From a virus: a DNA stretch of 64,000 bases. Below the pieces are notes generated by a model. That model saw only the letters and a program-made list of their open reading frames with translations. It was not told where the DNA came from and did not search any database. The translations under genes were made by a program, and so were the position numbers. How positions within the stretch are numbered: position 1 is the stretch's first letter; the number at the start of each line of letters is the position of its first letter. The stretch lies in the IMG/VR virus record IMGVR_UViG_3300045135_001635; one strand, 5' to 3'. Positions 9,601 through 17,900 of the stretch are shown here, in pieces.

Positions 9601-10485
9601 ATCCTGAGTAGTTGTACGCGTTGAAGTACGCGCGAACGCCGAACTACGTGTGCGAGCATAAGAAGAAACACGAGCACGAACATATGAACTGTTACGTGTA
9701 CGAGTGTAATCTATTTGCGCAGTAGTGCGTTGTGTATTGATTGCTGTACCTACAGCTTTCCAAGTTCCGGCATCAGTCGGTGCACCTTGCGCACTTGACC
9801 TTAATTGATATGAACCGATATTACCTGAAGTAGCACGTAGAGTTTTGATACGTTGACCCAATACTTCTTGGATCTCGTTATCTGTCATTTCTTGGAAACC
9901 GTCAAAGCCAGAACCGTCATAGCGGATCTTAACTGGACGAGTTGGGTTTACAACAGTCATTGCTGTACGAACCCAAATGTGGTAGTTTGTTACGCTTCCG
10001 TCACCACGTGTATCAGTGAATACATTCTCAATAAAGATTGTATAGTCTGAACCAGGAGTTGAAGATGCTAACTTGTATGTACCGATATAGTCATTTTCGA
10101 CCATATTTCCAAGAACACGATTAGCGAGGTTTGTTAAATCTTGGTCTACCATTTCGTAGAAACCAGGATTGTCACCTGCTTCGTAGTAACCCACAGGAAT
10201 GTTTACGCCACTTTCTACAGAAGGACCAGCAACTTGTTTTAGTGTGGTTGTTGTAGTTCCAGAAGTAATCTGTGATGCTGGGTGTGTACCAGTAGATTCG
10301 TTGAAAAATGTATCAACGTAAGTACCGACAGGAACACCAGCTGATAAAGTCAATGCGCCTACATCAGTAGGACTTAACATTGCTTGACCAACAGCATAAG
10401 CCAGATAGTTTTCTTCTAGTGGAGTGAATTCCTTCAGGTCACCATTCGAATTTAGTATTTTTAAAGGGATACTAGATGCTGACAC
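3682..10485 (-). CDS. Giant (2267 aa) Arg/Tyr/Gly/Thr-rich tetrapeptide-repeat virion fibre, predicted single long beta-hairpin
   Basis: GTG start with RBS and late promoter; about 255-aa globular N-domain, then about 1990 aa of [YFRS]-x-[GRST]-x tetrads mirror-arranged about WGGDPGWP; C-terminal strand ETYTLYVRIS. Confidence 0.8.
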   Translation of the reverse strand: MSASSIPLKILNSNGDLKEFTPLEENYLAYAVGQAMLSPTDVGALTLSAGVPVGTYVDTFFNESTGTHPASQITSGTTTTTLKQVAGPSVESGVNIPVGYYEAGDNPGFYEMVDQDLTNLANRVLGNMVENDYIGTYKLASSTPGSDYTIFIENVFTDTRGDGSVTNYHIWVRTAMTVVNPTRPVKIRYDGSGFDGFQEMTDNEIQEVLGQRIKTLRATSGNIGSYQLRSSAQGAPTDAGTWKAVGTAINTQRTTAQIDYTRTRNSSYVRARVSSYARTRSSAFARTSTRTTTQDFIGDYVGNYTRDFAGNYSRGFAGEYVGDFVGNYARTRISSYTRNRLEAFTGVFAGTYARNRVSVYTRNRITDFAGFFTRTRPSTYARGRVSAYAGTYARNRVSTYTGTYSRNRISTYTGTYSRTRVSTYTGNYSRDFIGNYARSFTGNFAGEFTRTRTSAFSGTYSRNRVSTYTGEYARAFAGNYARQFVGNYTGEFTRTRTSAFSGTYSRTRVSTYVGEYARQFVGNYTRGFLGNYAGEFTRTRPSSFSGTYARTRVSAYAGTYSRGFVGNYARGFTGNYSRNFTRGRVSTFTGTYARTRVSTYVGTYARQFVGNYSRGFTGNYSRNFTRGRVSSYAGTYARTRISTYSGNYARNFIGNYSRSFLGNYSRNFTRSRVSAYAGTYSRTRVSSYSGTYSRNRISTYSGTYSRNRVSVYAADYGRTRVTDYTRDRVTNFAGAFSRARVSTFARTRITDYAGNFIGNYARGFVGNYSRNFVGNYARGFAGNFVGNYARTSTRTSARTRYSAYARTRGASYVGNYARGYAGNFAGDYTGNYARDFVGDFVGNYARGYAGNFAGEYTGNYARDFVGDFVGNYARGYAGNFAGEYTGNYARTRITDYAGNFVGNYATTFTGDFVGNYSRGYAGNFAGEYTGNYARTRITDYAGNFVGNYATTFTGDFVGNYSRGFAGNYAGNFVGEYARTRITDYAGDFVGNYATTFTGDFVGNYARGFAGNYAGDFVGEYARTSTRTSTRTLAYTRTLYYAGDFVGNYARTSTRTSTTSPTYARDRAYYPTYTRDRVTNYTTSPTYARDRAYYPTYTRDRVTNYTTSPTYTRGRVYYPTYARTRITDYTTSPTYARDRAYYPTYTRDRAASYTGDYARTLYYTGNYARTAYYTGDYAGTRYYVGNFVGTRYFTGNYIGTAYYTGNYSRNVYYTGNYTRTGTYTGNYARTLAYAGTGTSTRTSTRSYTYQAWGGDPGWPSTAYFTGNFVGTAYYSRTATYARYRVYGLEYTRARHAAPTYARDRAYYPDFTRSRAVERGFARDRAYYPTYTRERAYYPTYARDRAYYPTYTRTRAASYAGNYARTLYYTGNYARTLVYTGDFVGNYARTAYYTGNYARPLVYAGNFVGNYARTLYYTGNYARTLVYAGNFVGNYARTLYYTGNYARPLYYAGDFVGEYARTSTRTSTNTGYYTRTGSYAGDFVGNYARTSTRTSTRTRYSAYSRTRITNYVGDFTRNRVTNFTGNFVGNYARTSTRTSARTRYSAYSRTRITNYVGDFIRDRVTTFTGNFVGEYTRLSARTSARTRYSAYSRTRITNYVGDFIRDRVTTFTGNFVGEYTRLSTRTSTRTRYSAYARTRITNYVGDFTRLSTRTSTRTRYSAYSRTRVTNYVGDFTRLSTRTSTRTRYSAYARTRNASYVGNYARGYAGEYAGNFVGEYARTSARTRYSAYARTRVSAYARTRNSTYARDRVTTFTGDFVGNYARTYTGNYARNYAGNFIGNYVGNFAGNYIGNYTRGFSGQYTGTYSRGFSGQYTGAYSRGFSGQYTGTYSRAFAGNYARAYTRTRVSAYSRSRPSSYAGTYSRGFVGEYTGTYNRTFTGNYARAYTRSRVSAYARSRASSYAGTYARGFVGEYTGTYATTYTGNYARAYTRSRVSAYARTRLSTYAGTYTRGFVGEYTGTYANSYTGNYSRNFSRNRVSSYNRARFSTYAGTYTRGFVGEYTGAYSRDYVGNYSRNFVRARFSTYNRSRFSTYAGTYTRGFSGQYTGTYSRDFVGNYSRNFLRTRFEYYSRTRPSSYAGTYTRGFSGQYTGTYSRGFSGQYTGTYSRGFAGEYTGTYNRTFTGNFARDFIGNYARNYAGDFTGNYTRGFAGEYVGNYARDFVGDFIGNYTRGFVGEYTRNSTDTFSRVRVSAYSRLRTSAYTDNYSRTRVSSYAGNYVGNYVGEFVGNYARDYVGNYSRAFVGNYVGTTIQPTFSIVETYTLYVRIS
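3742..9708 (-). repeat. 12-nt-periodic coding repeat array with nested 30/36/72/84/132-nt tandem units
   Basis: Visible tandem units, e.g. 72-nt units at about 6130-6420 and 7030-7320, and 132-nt units at about 5620-6000 and 7450-7830. Confidence 0.9.
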
Positions 10486-10521
10486 TTTAATCGCTCTCTT
10501 TTTAAATTAATAGGATGAGTT

Positions 10522-10529
10522 TATTTATA
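10522..10529 (-). promoter_or_regulatory. T4-type late promoter TATAAATA (giant fibre gene)
   Basis: Exact consensus 37 nt upstream of the start codon. Confidence 0.8.
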
Positions 10530-10616
10530 TAACTTTTAAACGCAATACATCGACAAGATTGAACTTGCTATTGTATTGTACTCTATTTAGTATAAAAAGT
10601 AAATTAAAAATATTTG

Positions 10617-10645
10617 TTGACTAATACAGAAAAGTATAGTATAAT
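10617..10645 (+). promoter_or_regulatory. sigma70 promoter TTGACT-17-TATAAT, antisense to the structural operon
   Basis: Near-perfect consensus with an upstream A/T tract; no plausible + strand ORF follows. Confidence 0.7.
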
Positions 10646-10669
10646 ATATCTTAGATAAGGGGAAAGTAG

Positions 10670-10704
10670 TATAGGAAAGAAATGAGGGAGTACAGAGACT
10701 CCCT
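10670..10704 (-). terminator. Hairpin/terminator after the tail chaperone gene
   Basis: AGGGAGT..ACTCCCT stem (10685-10704) followed by TCATTTCTTTCC on the minus strand. Confidence 0.55.
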
Positions 10705-10712
10705 ATCTTAGA

Positions 10713-11183
10713 TTATGGTTTGACTGGCCATTCTAGTTCATCAAGAGATGATGGATTGTCTAAAGTAGCAGGGAAGTCACGTAACGATTGACGGTATACA
10801 CGATACTCAGCAACTTGTTCATCAGTTAATGGAGCATCAACAGTTTGAGTCCAATCAGTCGCAGCAATCATATGATTACGAATTGTTTTGATATCTGACA
10901 TAAATGCATCAGCATCCCATTCCCAATCAGTTCCATTGTATATAGCGTGTCTGTTAGGTGGTGTTCCTAAGTGAATCAATGAACCACTGTCATACACCCA
11001 TTCTACAGTGTTAAAATTATCTTCCATAAAACCAGAAGGAATGTTATCTTCAGATATGTGTATAACTCTTTCGCCAGTAGGTTTTAACCCTTCCGGAGGT
11101 AATGTAGCCATAGGAAACTCAACACTTATAAGTTGTTTCGTTAACTCATCAATAACTGCTACATATTTTATTACTTTTGACAT
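10713..11183 (-). CDS. Tail fibre assembly chaperone-like protein
   Basis: C-terminal RNHMIAATDWTQTVDAPL...YRQSLRDFP...WPVKP signature. Confidence 0.8.
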   Translation of the reverse strand: MSKVIKYVAVIDELTKQLISVEFPMATLPPEGLKPTGERVIHISEDNIPSGFMEDNFNTVEWVYDSGSLIHLGTPPNRHAIYNGTDWEWDADAFMSDIKTIRNHMIAATDWTQTVDAPLTDEQVAEYRVYRQSLRDFPATLDNPSSLDELEWPVKP

Positions 11184-11201
11184 TTTTTATTGTCCCTTTG
11201 T

Positions 11202-11951
11202 TTATTCTTGTGCGAGTAAAACTGCGCCCCAATTCGTATAATAATTTATTCTTGTTTCGCTAGAATTTGGATCATTATAATAAGTAGTCCAAACGTTCTG
11301 AGGTGCTGAAAAATTTTGATACGTATAATCTATATATTGTGAATAATAATCACCATTTGAGAAAAATGTGGATACTATACCTGCCATATTATAACTATAC
11401 GTAAAATATTCTATTTTAGACCAATCAAACTGAATCCAATCATTTTTATTAGTAGTTATTCTAGATATATCACCGCTACCATAACCACTCATAGAGTTAT
11501 GTGGTTTCAATGATGTAACTTGTAATTTAGAATTTACTTTTATAGTTCTACTATCAAAAGAAACTTCATTACCTGAAGTAAGAACTTTTAATCCATAATC
11601 TCCTACTGGTGTAACTTTACTCGCTAAATCTAATACATAATAATCTAAACTAATATTACTAAAATCAGCTTCCAATGGATATTTTTTATTACCAGAAGAT
11701 TTAAACGTTACAGAAGATAAAGTGCTGTCGTACTCTATAACTATATAATCTTTTTGATAGTTGCTTGTATTTCTATGTTTCGGTTTTATAAAAATTAATC
11801 TAGTTCTATTAGGATCAGTTCCAAGTCCAGTGATACTACTACCAGTACCTTTTTTTGTCACAACATAATTCACTAAACCTATCGTAGTGTCTATTTGTAC
11901 AATTTCATTTCCTGCTGCATCGAAAGATTTTACTTGTAATCCATATGACAT
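11202..11951 (-). CDS. Tail-tip/fibre-associated structural protein (duplicated YGL-x-V motif)
   Basis: MSYGLQV... and DYGLKV..GNEVSFDSR repeats, like proteins that follow gpJ-type tips. Confidence 0.55.
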   Translation of the reverse strand: MSYGLQVKSFDAAGNEIVQIDTTIGLVNYVVTKKGTGSSITGLGTDPNRTRLIFIKPKHRNTSNYQKDYIVIEYDSTLSSVTFKSSGNKKYPLEADFSNISLDYYVLDLASKVTPVGDYGLKVLTSGNEVSFDSRTIKVNSKLQVTSLKPHNSMSGYGSGDISRITTNKNDWIQFDWSKIEYFTYSYNMAGIVSTFFSNGDYYSQYIDYTYQNFSAPQNVWTTYYNDPNSSETRINYYTNWGAVLLAQE

Positions 11952-12736
11952 TATGAAATCCTCACTGCTGTTACTTTTATTGTGACCGAAGTACTACTAC
12001 TATTAGTTATTGTAAGCGTATCACCAGAAGTTGAAAACGATATAAAATCAGACCTAGCTGTAGTTGAATATATAACTTTACTAGGATCACTTACATCTTT
12101 TATAGTAAGTGACACCGAACCATTCCCAGCAATATTTTGACTCGATAAATGCGCTAAGTTAAATAACTTAGTTTGTGGGTTAATTATTTCAGTTACACCA
12201 TCTGGACCATATACAACTAAACCATATTCAGCGTCAGAGCCTGAAGCAACATAAGTTGGACCAGAACCACTACCACCTGAAATCGTTCTTGTATATGTAC
12301 TTGTTCTGGTATAGTTTCTCGTATAGTCAGCAATATAGTTACCGATATAATCGCTAGAATATGTTCCAGTATAGTTACCTAAGAAATCTCTGGTATAATT
12401 ACCAATGAAATTACCAAGATAACTTCTGGTATATGTTCCAGTATAGTTACCGAGATATTCTCTTGAATAATTACCTGCGAAAAATCTTGAGTAATTACCG
12501 ATGAAATTTCCAGTAAAATCTCGGGTATAGTTACCGACATATCTTTCTTCACGAGGATCCGTGCGGTATCCAGCGTAAGATGATATTCTAGTAGAAGTAG
12601 CACCTGAATAATATGCCGTAAAAGATCTAGAACTTGTGTGCGTATCTCTTGTAAATGTTGCAGAGCTACCTACACCAACACGAGTAAGCGTACGAGTGTA
12701 TGTACTTTGTCTTGTATAACTTACTATTCTTGCCAT
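11951..12736 (-). CDS. Structural protein with short Y/F-x-G-N / Y-x-R repeat segment and C-terminal YGL domain
   Basis: Same tetrads as the giant protein, DPRE turn, ends VRIS like the giant protein. Confidence 0.65.
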   Translation of the reverse strand: MARIVSYTRQSTYTRTLTRVGVGSSATFTRDTHTSSRSFTAYYSGATSTRISSYAGYRTDPREERYVGNYTRDFTGNFIGNYSRFFAGNYSREYLGNYTGTYTRSYLGNFIGNYTRDFLGNYTGTYSSDYIGNYIADYTRNYTRTSTYTRTISGGSGSGPTYVASGSDAEYGLVVYGPDGVTEIINPQTKLFNLAHLSSQNIAGNGSVSLTIKDVSDPSKVIYSTTARSDFISFSTSGDTLTITNSSSTSVTIKVTAVRIS

Positions 12737-12746
12737 TATCTATCCC

Positions 12747-13208
12747 TTATTCAATAGCAGTTCCACCACCAGTGAAGAATGAAGTTCTTCCTTCAATGGT
12801 GCGAGCATAGGTTGATTCTCTTGTAAAACTTGTGCCGTAATATGCGGTAGAAGTAACGGTAAAGTACTCCGTTCTTACTTTGCTATAATAAGCGGTAAAC
12901 GATACTAATTTGTAAGTTGATTCTGTGAAGAACGCAAATGTCTCGCGAGTGTATGCCGAAGTACGGTCTACTAATTTATCACGAGTGTATGTACTTTCAC
13001 GGGCGCGAGTAAAATCTCTTGAGTAGTTACCGACGTAAGTATTTTCGCCATCTACAGTACTCGTACTCGTTCTATCAGTAGTATACTCGCCAGCATAATT
13101 TTTAGAGTAAGTACCGTCATAACTACCTGTGCGAGTTTTTACAAAATCGCGAGTAGATATAGCGGCGAAATCCAACACACGTGTAAATGATAAAGTATAA
13201 TCAGCCAT
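12747..13208 (-). CDS. Small Thr/Tyr/Arg-rich beta-repeat structural protein
   Basis: YAGEY, YVGNYSRDFTRARESTYTR tetrads related to the giant protein. Confidence 0.6.
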   Translation of the reverse strand: MADYTLSFTRVLDFAAISTRDFVKTRTGSYDGTYSKNYAGEYTTDRTSTSTVDGENTYVGNYSRDFTRARESTYTRDKLVDRTSAYTRETFAFFTESTYKLVSFTAYYSKVRTEYFTVTSTAYYGTSFTRESTYARTIEGRTSFFTGGGTAIE

Positions 13209-13219
13209 TATTTAAAACC

Positions 13220-14779
13220 TTATTCGAGTCGACCAAATTTGACTCTTAAATTATTACTACCGTCGAATATCTTCATGACATCATTCGTCATTGTCATCGA
13301 ACCATTATTACCAGTAGAGCTTATATTTAGCGAACCAGTAACTGTAGCATTCGAGAGTTCAACGTTATCGCCATTAATCGTAAATGGTTTAACCGCGTTA
13401 TTACTTGCGTTAACAATACCAAACTTATCGGCAGTAATAACCATATCAGCCGTTGCGCCATCGTTATTAAACTCGATACCAGCAACGTGGCCATTAGCAT
13501 TTAAATTTAATGTATATACAGCAGAAGCATTACCTAAATCATCAACTTGTGTTTGTAAGTTTGACGTCGCTGTAGCGAAAAAGCTGTCGCTACTATCAAT
13601 CCGAGATTCTAAGTTAATAGCAAAGTTTGAAGTTGCTGTTAATCTATCTGAATCAGCATCTATTCTTGAATTGAGTTCACTCTTTGCCGTAGATACCGCA
13701 CTTGTAATAGCAGGGTTCCAAGGAGAACCGTCTAAGTCAGATCTAAGATTAGTAACATCAGAACTCAACGAAACAAGTTTATCACTATCTAAATCTACTC
13801 GAGTTTTCAACGCTGAAGTTGCGTCCGCATTAGCTTGTATGGTTCCAGACGGACCATCTACTAATGTTAATCGACTTTCTAAATTCGTTATATCTCCAGT
13901 GATAACACTGATTGAATCACTGTTTGCGTTAATTAACGCATAAAGGTCATCAGTAATACCGCCAACCGCATTAGATACTTCTTCTGGAGTAATGGTAAGA
14001 CCTTCGGAAATCGCACTATCAAGTCTCGTTTCGAACGTACTAAATTGACCAGATAAAGCAGATAGTGAACTATCGTTAGCCGTTACTTGAGCAAGTATTT
14101 GTTGGTCAGCAGCAGCGCTTAATGTAATTTGTGTTTGTAGGTTACTATCTAATAATTTTAATTCTGCGTCTAAATCAAGTATAGATTGAGAAACAACATT
14201 AATCTCATCTGAGTTTGCGTTTATTCTTGTTTCTAGAATATTGAGAGAACCGCCGATAGCTTCAACTATAGTCGCAGAGTCTATATCAATAGATCCTGTA
14301 AATTGAGCGCCCAGATCAACTAAGTCTTGAGACAGTACTTCAATACCGCTTTCAAGTACTGATATTTGTGATGTTAATGAGCTATTCGCCGTTGAAAGAG
14401 CCGAGATACCGTCATTTAAATCGTCGTAGCTTGTAGATAGATTAGTAAACTGTTGAGCTAGTAAGATAAACCCGCCGTCAACACTATCTATCCTTGATAC
14501 TATTCCGGTCTCAGCTAATATTTCATAGAACTGACCTGAGTCTATTTGACCATTTATTTCAGTATTGAATATGATTGATTGGATATAATCAGAGTCTATT
14601 ATGTTAATAAATGTACTTTGATCAATATAATTGTTGATCGTATCGCTGTTGATATAGGTATTGACTACATTACGGATCGCGTCACTATCTACTACCCAGC
14701 TTGCTAATTCAAAGTTCTCGTTTATCTTGTCTATTCCAGCATTGATATTGTCTGCTAGATTTACTATTTGAAATGGCAT
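13220..14779 (-). CDS. Coiled-coil fibre with C-terminal gpJ/DUF1983-like domain
   Basis: N-terminal KINENF anchor, long heptad region, then YTLNLNANGHVAGI...ITADKFGI...PFTI...LRVKFGRL as in lambda-J central straight fibre domains. Confidence 0.7.
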   Translation of the reverse strand: MPFQIVNLADNINAGIDKINENFELASWVVDSDAIRNVVNTYINSDTINNYIDQSTFINIIDSDYIQSIIFNTEINGQIDSGQFYEILAETGIVSRIDSVDGGFILLAQQFTNLSTSYDDLNDGISALSTANSSLTSQISVLESGIEVLSQDLVDLGAQFTGSIDIDSATIVEAIGGSLNILETRINANSDEINVVSQSILDLDAELKLLDSNLQTQITLSAAADQQILAQVTANDSSLSALSGQFSTFETRLDSAISEGLTITPEEVSNAVGGITDDLYALINANSDSISVITGDITNLESRLTLVDGPSGTIQANADATSALKTRVDLDSDKLVSLSSDVTNLRSDLDGSPWNPAITSAVSTAKSELNSRIDADSDRLTATSNFAINLESRIDSSDSFFATATSNLQTQVDDLGNASAVYTLNLNANGHVAGIEFNNDGATADMVITADKFGIVNASNNAVKPFTINGDNVELSNATVTGSLNISSTGNNGSMTMTNDVMKIFDGSNNLRVKFGRLE

Positions 14780-14780
14780 T

Positions 14781-14981
14781 TTAAAGTTTCTCCGCTATTT
14801 GAGAGAGTAATGCTTTTATATCGGTTACATCTTTCTCTAATTGGTCTAATCTTTGAGCTTCTTGGATTCTTGCTAATTTACGAGCTTTTGCTTGAGCGAT
14901 ACCAGCGCGATCGGTATTAAGGATCGCACCAGTTCTTTTATCTCTCATTAAATTAGTATGTCCTTTCACTTTCTGTAACAT
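14781..14981 (-). CDS. Conserved small T4-like myovirus protein
   Basis: KVKGHTNLMRDKRTGAILNTD motif and C-terminal coiled coil, typically found after the DUF4815 gene. Confidence 0.65.
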   Translation of the reverse strand: MLQKVKGHTNLMRDKRTGAILNTDRAGIAQAKARKLARIQEAQRLDQLEKDVTDIKALLSQIAEKL

Positions 14982-14982
14982 A

Positions 14983-17900
14983 TTACACCGCCAACGCTAT
15001 AGTTCTGAAATCGGTAATAATAGGAACTTTACTTGAATTATTTGATTTCATAACAAGTTTAGTTTGGAATATACTAAATTGATCGACCGCTTCTATACTA
15101 TATGAATATTCTCGTATTACTTCACGACTTTCGTCGCTCGGAACTTGAGCGTCTATATCAACCTTAATCCATTCAGCTACATCTAATGATGAATCATCCT
15201 GAGCAGTTTTAACATAAACTTCAAACTGAGCAGCGCTCGGGCGATGAGCAGAGAACAATATTTTAAGTCCTTCAGCAGCTTCATCTAAAATTACAGGAGT
15301 TGTAATATGTTGAGCAGCGTCAGACATATCTATAACGTTTTCTATCGTCATTACAGAAGTACGCTGTAAGTCAATTAGAGGAGATACTTTAGTATCAGTT
15401 GTTGATAATGTTATAACAAATTCCATATCTTCTGGATCAGCCACGATAGTCGGGCGATCATTTAGATTTGAATCGTTAAGGAATACCTGCTTAGAAGCAA
15501 CCGAAGAATAAGAGTTATTATACAATGGGTTGTTTCGATTACCGCCGTAAGAAGCACCAGAAGTTTGGCGAACTTTAGCTGTAACGCTAGTACCATTTGG
15601 AATGATATTTGCGATATTAGGAATAATCTCATCAATCATAATTTGTTCATTTACGACAACCTGATCTCCACCGCCTAATACAGATGATGTAGCGATTGTA
15701 CCAGCGTTAATTCTATATCCGTCCCAAGAGACACTCGCGATAAGATGATTACCGTTAATGCTTGATGCGTCTACTCCACCAATAGTACCTTGTACGCCTG
15801 ATATTTCAACTTCATCGTTAGCATTAAATCCGTGACCTTGGTGAGCAATATGAACTAATGCGCTATCGCGTTCAACGGAAATAGGATCTGCTCCAAGAGT
15901 AATCTTAGGAACTTCAACGTTAGATAGAACAACGTTAGCCGAAGATTCAAATGACGCGCAATATAATTCAAACATCAAGTCTTTAGTTTGATCGGCTGTC
16001 CAAGTAGAACCATTCTGAGATAAGAATAGAGATCCAAGGGTTGGTTGTTTATTAACGCGACCTTCACGTCTATTAGGACCGAGAATGAATTCATAAGTCT
16101 CAGCTACATATGCGTTATACTTAACAGATTCAGCCAATAGTACTACCGCATATTCCTCGCTCGGCGATAAGTAGACTGGTTCATCAAAGTGTATATCAGT
16201 ACCGCCTTGAGATCTAACATCAGCAATATCAGTTTGATCTGTTAATGGCGTGATATTAATATCAGAAGGTGATACAAATTTAGAAGAACCAGGAACCAAA
16301 CGTGTTGTCGGGATACCATTTTCTACTGGGCGAATTTGTACTTGTAAAGGTATAGTATCATCTTTACTTTCCATAAAGATTCTTACTTTAGATAAGTAAA
16401 TTCCGTTTGGATTTTCTACCTGATCAACATAAAAAGTTTGAGCTAGTGGATCGTAACGTTCCGTAATACTTTCTACGATACGTGTTGAACGAATAGTTCT
16501 TTGAACAGTATCAATACGTCCTACAGATTCGTACATAGCACGTGAAGAAGCAATAGCGTTATCATCATCATTAACTACAATATCAAGTAGTTTAAATTCT
16601 TGTTGTCCTGTACGGAATGATAAGTTTGTTGTATTCGGTAAGAAGAACGAACCGATTAACATACCGTTTTCATCAGTTACCAAATCAGTATTTCCGTTCG
16701 GGTGACTCGTAGCATTAGAAAACTCACTTCCGTATTCTTTAGGATTATCCGAGAAATGCTTGAATCTATTTTCTTGACGAACCCAATCTTGTACTGGTTT
16801 GTTACCGAAGAAAGCAAACATATTAGTATTAGGACGTAATCCTTCAACGCGGAAGAATATTTCGCGAGAACGCATAAATGGAACTACTTCAACATTTAAA
16901 ACTTGTTCGCCTAAGAACTCTTGAATAGATCTTTCGACAACACGAGTCCGAATACGTTTTCCTTTAGTGATAGATCTGTTATCAGTACGTACTCTACGAA
17001 TATTGTTTTGCATAATATCAGGGAGTTTACGAACTTCTACCCATTCATCAGAAGAAGGAGATAACGTCATATGACCAGTTTGAGTAATAACCGCAAATGG
17101 GTTAACATTCATCTTCCCTGTCGCTAATAACTGAGAAGCCATAACTTCGTCAGTATAAGGAATAATAGCAACGTCGCCTTGCTTACGAGCTGTAGAGTTA
17201 GCTCTCATTGATAAGCGAATAGAGTTCTCTCTAAACGAAGGCATTAGCTCACCATTAACAGGCTCAACCGAAGCGCGATAATCAGGATTACTAAGATCGC
17301 AGAAGTTTAAGCTGTTAAAGTTATCCGCAATAAACCCAGATTTAGTTCGGTTATTTCCATTCTCATCCAATACCATAAGAGAAGCAGTATCAGTTTCAAG
17401 TAAACTAAGTGTCGTCAATTCATAAAGTTCTTCAACACGTTCTTCCAACTTAGCGATATCTTTCATAGTGAAACGCTTATGCGGAATCTTAGTTAACGTA
17501 AGATCTGTTTTGTCTAAGGTGTATGCGTTTAAATCAAACTGGAATAAAGGTAATGAACCAGTCGGAATTTGAGGAGGGCGTGGATCTAATGACGACTCAC
17601 CCTTAATTAGTTGTAAGCGACCAGTACCAATTCTACCCTTAGCGTCTAATGTATTAGCAACAAGAGTGTCGATACGAGGTAGGTAATATGTAGCGTCTAC
17701 GCTAATAATGCTCTTGTTTTTAGGGAGTGAATTAATACTTCCTGTATCTATCCCAGAAGGTAAAATTACTGGACGGAAATCAAGGACATCCGTTAATGAG
17801 ATTTCGGCACCCGACGAACTCTTATATGTAGGGATTAATCCGTAGTCTTGAGGATATGATTCAACACTGAAGTAATCTCCGTCTCTATGATAGAAGTGAG

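Noticed and set aside
3742-9708. DNA inverted repeat or CRISPR-like array as the cause of the symmetry
   Set aside because: The reverse complement of one arm does not encode or match the other arm; there is no repeat-spacer structure and no cas genes; the repeats are in-frame coding.
3738-10050. Many alternative-frame and antisense ORFs within the giant gene
   Set aside because: By-products of the 12-nt periodic repeat and biased codons; no RBS or independent signal.
3682-13208. Diversity-generating retroelement acting on AAC-rich repeats
   Set aside because: No reverse transcriptase and no template/variable repeat pair differing only at adenines was seen in this window.
13239-13943. 234-aa + strand ORF
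   Set aside because: Antisense shadow of the fibre gene; no recognisable motifs.
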